Source: Reclinomonas americana ATCC 50394 (taxonomy: Eukaryota). Taken from it: a DNA stretch of 33,571 nt. The notes under the pieces were generated by a model that saw only the letters and a list, made by a program, of their open reading frames with translations, made no database searches and had not been told where the DNA came from. The position numbers were made by a program, and so were the translations under genes. Positions 12,101 through 22,000 of this stretch are shown here, piece by piece (within the stretch, counting starts at the first letter, position 1; each line of letters opens with the position of its first letter). The stretch is from contig PS015291.1 in the NCBI GenBank assembly GCA_048213135.1, forward strand, positions 1-33,571. Direction: 5' to 3'.

Positions 12101-15100
12101 TGGAGAAGCTGCTCTCCTCCAACGCCTTGCCACTGTCCATGGAGCCGGCGCAGAAAATGGCAGCGCCGTAGCCGTTCATGGCATGCGTCGCCAGTTCGTC
12201 GACGTGCTTCTCCGCCGACTGTTACGCGCACACAACAAGAGCGGTGAGATGGAACATTGCCGCTGCATGTGCTACCCGTGCGTGCAACTCNNNNNNNNNN
12301 NNNNNNNNNNNNNNNNNNNNNNNNNNNNNNNNNNNNNNNNNNNNNNNNNNNNNNNNNNNNNNNNNNNNNNNNNNNNNNNNNNNNNNNNNNNNNNNNNNNN
12401 NNNNNNNNNNNNNNNNNNNNNNNNNNNNNNNNNNNNNNNNNNNNNNNNNNNNNNNNNNNNNNNNNNNNNNNNNNNNNNNNNNNNNNNNNNNNNNNNNNNN
12501 NNNNNNNNNNNNNNNNNNNNNNNNNNNNNNNNNNNNNNNNNNNNNNNNNNNNNNNNNNNNNNNNNNNNNNNNNACCAGTGAGCACACAGCGAACAGAGAA
12601 ACATGAATCAGTCGGCAATCCGTCGCAACTCCAGTGGCTTCCATGTTCTCCAGCGGCAGCACCAACGCGTGCTCCACGTACACCTCACCGGCGCGAGTGA
12701 CGCGCAGTGCGAGGCGCTCCGACGGCGGCACGTCCGTGTCACTGTTCTCAAACGCCGTGCGCAGCAGGTCCTCAATCTCGTCCGACGGCGTCAAGCGCAC
12801 CACCGAGGCGCGCACCGACACCACAGTGCCCGACGACTGACGCATCGATTCGGCCTGCTCGAACAGCTTGCTCAGCGACAGCGGCAGCACACCTACCACC
12901 AGAACATGTGAGAAACGCAATCCAGCAATGGATGGGAAACGCACTTCATCACTCACCCCACTCGCTCTCGCCCAACAACGTGAACGTCTTGCCAGAGCCG
13001 GCATCGCCGTAGAACAGCATCGAGGAGTCGTTGCCCTGCAGGGCCCAGTCCACCAGCTCGACGGCGCTACCAAACACCTCCGACTGCGTGGCCTCCGGGC
13101 CATAGGCGTGATCCATCAGGAACGACTTGCCGTTGTTGAGGTAGACAGTGTCCTCGTCGGCGATACGCGAAATGCCAACGCGATCGACCACAGTCGGATC
13201 ATTGTCCTCTTCCTCGTTCAGCGGGCGCACACGAGAAATCACACGAATGTCACCCGGCGACTCGGCAGCCTCCGACTTGCCAGCCGCAATAAACTGGTAC
13301 GTCGGCTTGACCGACTCGTACTTCTGTCGCATTGACCACCAACAAAAGTTAGTTCACCACAGCGCAAGAGCAGGGTCGAGCGCAAGGGCACGAAACTCGG
13401 CCAGCAAGCTCGCGGCGAATGTCTGCAAACTGCATCGTCAGCAGGTTGTCCTCCAAGTCGTGCTCCATTGGTGAAATATGCGTGTAGAGCAGAATGCGCG
13501 AGTTGAACTCCATGCAATCGCGGACGAGGTGCGTCAGCTTGTTCTCGCGGAAGCGCGGGTACGACTGCGACTTGCCGGCGTCCATGATGCAGCGCATCGT
13601 CGATCGCAGGTGCATGAGGGTCTGGTTGGCCACGGTGCTGCCGGAGGTGATGTCATCGCGGTAGTGTGCCTGCTCAGGCGTCGGCAAATCCACCAAGGCG
13701 ACCTTGCCCACCAGCTCGTCACCCGTGCGTCGGTTGGTCGTCTGCACGTAAATAATGATCACCAAGCTCGTCAGCAGGCGTGCGACACCGTGCTCCAGCG
13801 CGCGGAGGCGACGGGCGACGCCCGGCACGCGCTGCGCGTGGAGAACAAAGGAGAAAATAATGATGTGAGACCATCCATCAGGTGAAGCAGAAAAATAGTC
13901 ATGTCGACGCACCCACAGCTCCTCGGCATCCATGCGCTCGGTGACCACATTCTCCAAAATCGTCTCGCCATTCGCGGCGGTGCGGATGACAACCTTTTCC
14001 TGCACGAGGCATTACTGTGTCAAGGCAGGATTGCAAACACGACGGCCACCGGTGAAGCAAACCTTGGCAGAGCGACGGCCCACCAGGTCGGAAATCACAT
14101 CGCCGTCCACATCGAGCACCGCACACGTCCAGCGAATGTTCTCAATGTCGGGATGATCGGGGGCGCTGTCGCGAATCTGGCGCGTGAGCTCGCTGATCAG
14201 GTGACCAAAGAGTCCCTGGTTCGGCTCGTCCGGCGTGCCAAACATCGACGCCAGCTTGTCGCCAGACTTGGCGCCATACGCAAACACCGACGAGGAACGG
14301 CCGTCCAGAGCACCGTCAATCAGGCTCTTGAAGCGCGCACGAATCACGTCGTCGTCGACGGTCGGCGGGAAACCCGTGTCCACCTTGAACGTGGATCCGT
14401 CAATGAGGTCGACCTGGTGGCCGTTGAAGCCCGAGACCACCACCGACTGCACAGCAGAGGCGAAAAGTGAGTGGCGGCGAGAATAAAACAAGAAAAAATA
14501 TAGCACGTTCTCCTACAACTCACCGTCGGTGGCTCCTCGTTCGCCTGTCCGCGCTCCTCCTCGGCGTACTGGCGCACACGAGTAACGACCTTGACGTCGC
14601 CGAAAACGCGCTCGCCGTCGGCTCCGAAACCGAGCTGGTTCTGCGAGCCCTCACCAGCACCGGCCGGACCCATTTGCTCGGCCACGCGCGACTTGATCGA
14701 GCGCGAGCTCACCGGTCCACTGGCGCCATCGCCACGCTGCTGCTGCTGGCCCTCGTCTCCGTACCAGCCAAAGTGCAGCGTCTGACGCGTCTTCTCCAGC
14801 TCGCTGGCGGTGGGTGCAACCGTCAAAATGACGGCCAGCGACGCCGGTTCCGTGAAAAAGTCCTTCAGGAACATGGTCAGCTTGCTTTCGCGGTAGCGCA
14901 CCACCGGCTGATCGCCCGCATGCGCCGGCGGCTCAGCCAGTGCGCGGAGCACGTTGCGCGTTGCCGTCACCGACTGGTTGGTGCGAATGCCCTCGGGACT
15001 CAACTGTGTGGCAATAAAGTGAATACGTGGCGAGCGCAATAGCAACGCGGGGGAAAAGAGGCGACGCACCACCATGCGTCCGGCGCGATTCGTGCGCACA

Positions 15101-18050
15101 GCCGGCACCAAATCCACGCACACAATGCGGGTCTCGAACACCGTGGCCTCTGCGATGAAGAGAAAAGCGAATCAGGTGACGAGCGAGAAATCGATCTTCG
15201 TGCGCGCATACTCAACTGTCTTCCTCGCCCGGCATCCATGTGGACACGAACACGTTGAACGTCACGACCACGTGGGCGACAGATCGCAGGGCCGCCTCGC
15301 CGTCGGCGTTGATGAATGACACAAACGTGCGCGCGCCAAACGACTGCTGCAGTGTCTCCTGTAGTCGACAGATTGAGAACGACAAGGAAGGACAAAAGGA
15401 GGAGAGTCAAAGAGAACCAACCTTCAGCACATCGGCATCCTCGCCCGGACGCTCATCGAGGCCCTTGAAGATCACCGAGTGACCAATGACGCGGACGCTG
15501 ATTTTGCTGTCCTCGCCGCGCGAAGCCTTGATGAGGTCATTCGCTTCGTCGCCGCACATTTGCGCCACTGAGTAGTTGAAGGCCAGCGAGCCGTTCTCTC
15601 CCGGCTCACCAAACTCGAACGATGCCGGATCACGCTCCAGTCGGTCACGTTGTGAGCACAGCTTCTGGCACACCGTCAACAGGAACTCTGCACGTCGAGT
15701 AAGCAGACTGCCCGTTATCAAACAGACTGCGCGCGCACAGAGACGTACCCTCAAAGACGCGACCACGGCCAGACTCCACGTGGCCGTGGAAAATCAGGCA
15801 TCGGTTGTGTCCGCGCAGAGCATCCACGACGGCTGCACTGGTGATCTCCTCGACCACCTCACGCTTGGTGTCCGACGACACAACGCGATCGTAGTCGTAG
15901 CGGTGTCCGTCGGGGAGCACCACAGTGTTGCCGTCGACCACCTCGTAGACCTGCATGGGGGGGTGAGTGAGAGTGAGTGTGGAGAATATGTGCTTTTGCG
16001 ACAGTGAGGGGGAAGCGCACCGGACGAGCGTTGCCATTGTCTGACTCCTTTTGCGTGAAATTGCGAGAAATGGTCTGCACCGAGAACGGGCGACGCCACT
16101 CCGAGCCATCCTCGAGCTGCACGGGCGTGCGACCACAGAACACATTGATCTCTGGCTCGACAACCTCCACCGCTGCGCACGAAAAAAATGCGCAGTGAGC
16201 GTCTTTCAGCAGTCAGTGAGTGTGAAGAGCGCACGCAACGAGCAGAGGGTGCAGGCGGCGGGCGCTGGACCACAGGCGCTGGAGCCTCGCGCTGCTGCTG
16301 CTGCTGCTGTGGGGGCGCAGCTTGTGGAGCCTTCGGCGGTGACGGAGGCTTCTGCTTCGGGCTCTCAGGCTGCACGTTCCACCAACAGTGTCAATGACCA
16401 CACAGACAACAGTACACACACACACACACACGCAAGATCAAACACACCTTTTCAGGGCTGGACTCGGGCGTCGGGTACTCTGGCGGTGGGGGCGCTTGCT
16501 TCTTCGGCTCCGGCGGCGGAGGCGTGTAACGCAGCTCCTCTTCCGACTCGGCACCGCCCTCGCCCTCCTCACCGTACTCGTACACGTAGTAGTCCTCGTC
16601 AACGAGCTCTTCCTCCACAGCCGCCGCGCTCTTTTGTACCTTGGGCGATTGGCTGTCGCTGTGGTGCGAACACACTCATCGGTGAGCGCCGACTAGCGAA
16701 TAGACGAAAAAATCAAGATCAACAAAACCACGCACCGTGGCTGCTCGCGCATCGTAATCGACTGCGGCTGCGACGACTGCTGTGCGGATCCAGAAGCGGC
16801 ACTGACCACACCGCTCTTCACCTCGGATGCCGCCGGCTGCGCACCCTTGTTGTCGGCGTTCTTCACCGACGGCAATCCGGTGCTCCACACCTCATTGGAG
16901 TCCACGTCGGTGGTGTCACCATCGGTTTCCTCCTCCTCCTCACCGCCACCCTCCTCGTAGTACTCGTAAAAGACCTCCTCGCCACCGACCTCGGTCTGCT
17001 GTACCTCTTGTGTCTGGCGTGAAGCGTCCTCCGCAGCACGACGAGNNNNNNNNNNNNNNNNNNNNNNNNNNNNNNNNNNNNNNNNNNNNNNNNNNNNNNN
17101 NNNNNNNNNNNNNNNNNNNNNNNNNNNNNNNNNNNNNNNNNNNNNNNNNNNNNNNNNNNNNNNNNNNNNNNNNNNNNNNNNNNNNNNNNNNNNNNNNNNN
17201 NNNNNNNNNNNNNNNNNNNNNNNNNNNNNNNNNNNNNNNNNNNNNNNNNNNNNNNNACGTCCACATACTTGGTCGTGGTGATATACCGCGTGGTGACTGT
17301 GTGGGCGTTTCCCTGCGCATCACGTTCCGTGTGCTCCTGAATATCCTCCGACACCTGCGTCTTGTCGTCCAGGTTGTATTGCTGCGCGTGCGCACAAAGG
17401 TGAGTGCAAGAGCGGGGGGAGGAGAAGGGGGAGAGGGAGAGGGAGAGGGAGAGGGAGAGGGAGAGGGAGAGGGAGAGGGAGAGGGAGAGAAGGGAGGGAG
17501 AAAGGGTGGGAGGAGTTGCAGAGTGTGTGCAGGAGAGAGACACAGAGCGTGTGAGAGAGTGTGAGAGTGTGTGCCCAAGGGAGAGAGAGAAGGAGAATCG
17601 CTGTTCCAACGGCACCCACCCTGTGCATTTCGCGATCGCCTGCTGGCGGCAGCTCCTCCTACACATGGATCGATCACCACAGTCAACAACGCGAACGTTC
17701 CACCAGACACACGAGCGATGAGTATACACAACTGCATTCGCCACGACGCGCACTTCCTGCTCGACCTCCTCAGGCTACACAGAACAGACACACACAAGTG
17801 AGGAACACAACGAGGATGACAACCAAGAGACCAGTGATCGCTCACTTCCTCAACGACCTCCTCCACCAGCGGCTTGGGCTGGCCTGCGCATCATGATGAT
17901 CACGGATAAGGATTCGCCTTTGGTGCATGACGACACATGCATGATTCGCACACACACGAACCGCGAGCAAGTTGGCGTGACATCGCAGCTTAAACAAGAG
18001 TCGCAGAAAAACGAACTTTGCTCTTGCTCTGCTCTCTCGCTCCCTTTGCT
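8029..18050 (-). CDS. Giant multi-exon protein: acidic/Pro-rich N-terminus followed by at least six tandem kinesin motor(-like) domains (kinesin-14/KCBP-like)
   Basis: Repeated kinesin landmarks: beta1 (I/V)(R/K)VxxRVR, P-loop region, GKLx(L/F)VDL, (Y/W/F)RExKL, FLHV(S/A)P..ETLxTLxF. Domains 1-2 and 4-5 are joined within single open frames. Domains 2-3 and 5-6 are joined by in-frame GT-AG introns (13324-13396; 9466-9549). The 3-4 junction, the start and the stop lie in or near gaps. Confidence 0.85.
9575..10975 (-). other. Kinesin-like domain 5 (best conserved; possibly catalytic)
   Basis: GALRVFCRVRPLN; SYGQLSAGKTHTM; DRSHLLF; FADLAGSER; VNQSLNSL; PRWRENKLTMLL; FLHVSPSALDVDETLNTLKFA. Confidence 0.9.
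11150..12290 (-). other. Kinesin-like domain 4 (degenerate; start in gap)
   Basis: NGYGAAIFCAGSMDSGKA; SVLELRGDTMVDLM; GEVYLEHVEVVPV; GKLCFVELATG; PWRESKIAMVCRD; IVFLHVAP. Confidence 0.85.
12574..13257 (-). other. Kinesin-like domain 3 (N-terminal half visible; intact P-loop)
   Basis: GDIRVISRVRPLN; FYGDAGSGKTFTL; GVLPLSLSKLF; GEVYVEHALVLPL. The remainder runs into gap 12291-12573. Confidence 0.85.
13410..14601 (-). other. Kinesin-like domain 2 (degenerate)
   Basis: GDVKVVTRVR; AYGAKSGDK; GKVALVDLPTPE; PRFRENKLTHLVRD; YTHISPMEHDLEDNLLTMQFA. Confidence 0.85.
14765..16152 (-). other. Kinesin-like domain 1 (degenerate)
   Basis: EINVFCGRTP; P-loop region FHGHVESGRG; switch II region VDLVPAV; VRYRESKLTMFLKD; ILTVAPTASELEKTRQTLHF. 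Confidence 0.8.
17425..17500. repeat. (GAGAGG)n microsatellite inside an intron
   Basis: About 10 hexamer copies, directly visible. Confidence 0.95.
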
Positions 18051-19057
18051 GCAACACAAACAAACGAGTTGAGTGGGCGAGAATCGTGACAGAAAGATCA
18101 GTGCGAATCGCAACATGCAATGCACATCGCGCAAGACACAGTGACACGCTTATATAACGAGATGGAGATAGAGAAGAAGAAGAAGAGCAGCACTGCATGT
18201 GCGTCAGTGTGCAAGAAGAGTGTGACAGTGACCGACATGGCGGAGAGGCACTGTGTGACACACACACATGCGCACAAAGAGATGCAACGCGCGCTGTGTG
18301 CTGCACGCGGGGGACGACATGCACAGTGTCTGCGTGCGCGAACATGCACAGAGGCAAGAGAACTGCGCGGNNNNNNNNNNNNNNNNNNNNNNNNNNNNNN
18401 NNNNNNNNNNNNNNNNNNNNNNNNNNNNNNNNNNNNNNNNNNNNNNNNNNNNNNNNNNNNNNNNNNNNNNNNNNNNNNNNNNNNNNNNNNNNNNNNNNNN
18501 NNNNNNNNNNNNNNNNNNNNNNNNNNNNNNNNNNNNNNNNNNNNNNNNNNNNNNNNNNNNNNNNNNNNNNNNNNNNNNNNNNNNNNNNNNNNNNNNNNNN
18601 NNNNNNNNNNNNNNNNNNNNNNNNNNNNNNNNNNNNNNNNNNNNNNNNNNNNNNNNNNNNNNNNNNNNNNNNNNNNNNNNNNNNNNNNNNNNNNNNNNNN
18701 NNNNNNNNNNNNNNNNNNNNNNNNNNNNNNNNNNNNNNNNNNNNNNNNNNNNNNNNNNNNNNNNNNNNNNNNNNNNNNNNNNNNNNNNNNNNNNNNNNNN
18801 NNNNNNNNNNNNNNNNNNNNNNNNNNNNNNNNNNNNNNNNNNNNNNNNNNNNNNNNNNNNNNNNNNNNNNNNNNNNNNNNNNNNNNNNNNNNNNNNNNNN
18901 NNNNNNNNNNNNNNNNNNNNNNNNNNNNNNNNNNNNNNNNNNNNNNNNNNNNNNNNNNNNNNNNNNNNNNNNNNNNNNNNNNNNNNNNNNNNNNNNNNNN
19001 NNNNNNNNNNNNNNNNTAATCCGTGTGCGAAACTGAAACCTTGGTGGTGTGTGGTAG

Positions 19058-22000
19058 GCTGTGCGGGCTCGACTACTTGCACAAGCAGCATGTGTGCGTT
19101 GTCAGTCGCCTTCCGTGACTTGGTGGTGTGCCTCGCTTGCTGATACAGACGACCACGTGCAGGGTGCATCGCGATCTGAAGGGCAAGAACGTGCTGATGG
19201 TGAATGGCGCCGATGGGACGGTGATCAAGCTGGCCGACTTTGGCTGCAGCACGCTGCTGTCGACTGGTCGGCAGGCTCTGACTGCTGGTGTCGGCACGCC
19301 CGGTTGGACGGCTCCCGAGGTGTTCAAGGGCGTCGGCTACGACACCAAGGTCTGCATGTGTGTGTCTGGGCATCGAGCGAATGTCGTGCGCCCCACTCAC
19401 GCCATCGTGATCAGGTGGACATTTGGAGTCTGGGTGCCACCGTGCTCGAGTTGTTCACCGGGCAGGTGCCGTACTCGGAGCTCACCAATGTGGTTTGTGG
19501 CAATGGTGGATCGTGCTGCACCGTCCATAACTTTGACACTGACAGCGACGACATGCGCAGCCGGCCGTGATTTACAAAATGATGACAACGGCAGAGCCGC
19601 CACTGATTCCGGCCGACTTGTCGGCGCTGGCCAAGGACTTTCTCTTGCTATGCTTCAGAGCGTTGCGTGGTTGCGCTGTTGTTCCTCGTCGTCCTTGCTT
19701 TGATTTCTCACGACGACGACAACAGAAATCCCGCCGATCGACCCACCGCCGAGGACCTCATGTCGCATCCGTTCATCACCAGTCATCCACGCCACGCTGA
19801 CGCCGGGCCGCTGCCACACGCACCGGTTAGGCTGCAGAGTGCACGTTTTGTCTGTTGCCCACGATGCACTCATCCCCGTCTCACACATCACACAGCCGTC
19901 ACTAGGCGGATCGGGATCCAGCTCGGGTGAGTCGCCGCCATCGCTCTTGTTTTCCCGCCTATCGCTGACACTCATGTACTTTGTGTGCTGGTCGGTGCAG
20001 GATCAGGAAGCATGCACAGTCTCATGTCGAACAGGAGAGGTGGGTCGCTCCATCCTTTGCACTCGAAATTCACTCCAATCACACCTCTCCGTGTAGTCGA
20101 AAGCTCCGACTTGATACACCAGATGCACCGAGTGGCCGCCATTCCCATCAATGTGAGCATCAGCCCCGTGGGTCGATCGCCCACTGCCTCGTCGTCATCC
20201 GCCGGCGATTTTCGAGTTGAGTGTGCTGCTACCACGTCGTCCTCTCCTCCATTCGACTCACCTGCTTCACTGCACTCTTCTGGGCGCAGTTGTACACCTT
20301 GGTGCGCAAGGCACCGCACGCACCACGCTGGATTTTCCCGTCACACGCCGCCATGGCCGAGTCGTTGATCGACAAGTTGGTGCACGACGGATGCATGCGA
20401 GGTGCGTGATCTCCGTCTTCTCCCACTCTCCCTCTCTGTGTGCTCTGACACTGCAGGTGCACCAGGCGCGACTGGCATTATTGTGATTGAGGGACTTGCC
20501 GGCTTTGGCAAGAGCACTCTCGCATCATTAATCATCGATCGCATGTGGGAGCGCAAGCTGGTGCGCGGACACGTGCTGTACGTGGATCTGTGCGGTCATT
20601 TGGAGAGTCAGCAACATCGCACCAGTGCCAGCGCCGTGGAGCAGCTCTTTTTGCAGCTGAGTGCACCACGTGCCGAGTGGCTGCTGAAACAGAACACGGA
20701 GCCGGCGGTGTTCATGCAGTCGTTTTACGCGGCACTGGCTGTGGAGGCGCCGGAGGAGCGCGCCGTGGTGTTTCTCGACAATGTCGGGTCCGCCGAGCAG
20801 CTCAAGAGAATCATGCCGCGCGACATTACGCACGCATGTTGCGTGGGCGAAGGCATCACTGCTGCCGTCGCTCCGTGTCGTGAGTTCTCATTGTGATCGT
20901 GCAGATGGCGGCGCGTGCGGACCACTGTTTCTGGCCACCAGCCGACACTCCATCTCGCCGTCGCTGGCCGCCGACCTGCCGCGCGACGTGTCGCTGGCCA
21001 CTGCGCGTACGGAGCAGCTCACCGAGGGAGACTTGACGGCGTTTGTCGAGTTCCACCACCCCGATGCCGACGAGCATGTGCGCCGCCTCCTCCTCTCCAT
21101 GAAGTATCCGTTTGCACTCGGCACTGTGTCGAGGTGCTCCTGTTATGCGTTGTCCTCGTCGATCTGTGTCTCGTTTCACTCACACAAGTATTGCCAGCGC
21201 ACTAAAACGCGAAGGAGCCTTCTTGTCGTCGTCGGAACTGGAGGCTCTGTGTGCACAATTGAACCGCGAAGCCTTTGAGGATGTGCTGGACTCGACAGTG
21301 CGCCAGCTGACTCAACCGCAGCGACGCGCATTGCTGTCGTTGGCTGCGGTGGAGCGACTGCCGGCCGTCAGTATGAGGCTAATTGTGGTGCTGGCGGCGG
21401 AGGTGGTGGATCCGCTGCCGTCAAGTGACGGTGCGGCAATAGCGACCTCACCGCGTTCTCGTGACACCATGGTGGTGACGTACCTGCGTGGCTTGCTGGC
21501 CGATCACTCGCTCCATGTGGTCGAGCGAAACGGGCATTGCATCGTGGCGTGGTCGTCGAGTTCACCGGAAGACCGTGACACCGACCTGCCGACGTGTGTC
21601 ACCTTCAACACGCACAACCTGTATCCGGACTACTTCCGCCTGCGGTGGCCTCGAGCATTGACACAGGCGCAGGGCACACTCATGCGTCTGTTGTCGGCCC
21701 TCATCCGCAAGGCGACGTTGCAGGAGAAGGCCCAGGCGCAGTTGATGAGCATGTTTGGCGAGCACGTCAAGGCGCTGTGGGACTACTTGGCCGACGGCCG
21801 CTTCGACAGCGACTTGCCGTTCTGGCTAAAGACAATCGACGCGGTGTGCGAGGCAGCGCGTGTCACGCCAGCGAGATTCCGCGAGCGAGTTGGCGACGTG
21901 CTGCGCGCCATCTCCACGCCTGCAGTCACCAGCGCGATGGAGGCCGACGACAACGTGGCCGCCGCGGTGCACAAGTCGCGCAGTCTGCTGTACCATCTGG

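Noticed and set aside
8074-17022. Long plus-strand ORFs antisense to the kinesin gene (e.g. 9230-9976, 14467-15042, 16051-17022)
   Set aside because: Shadow ORFs of GC-rich coding sequence with no motifs.
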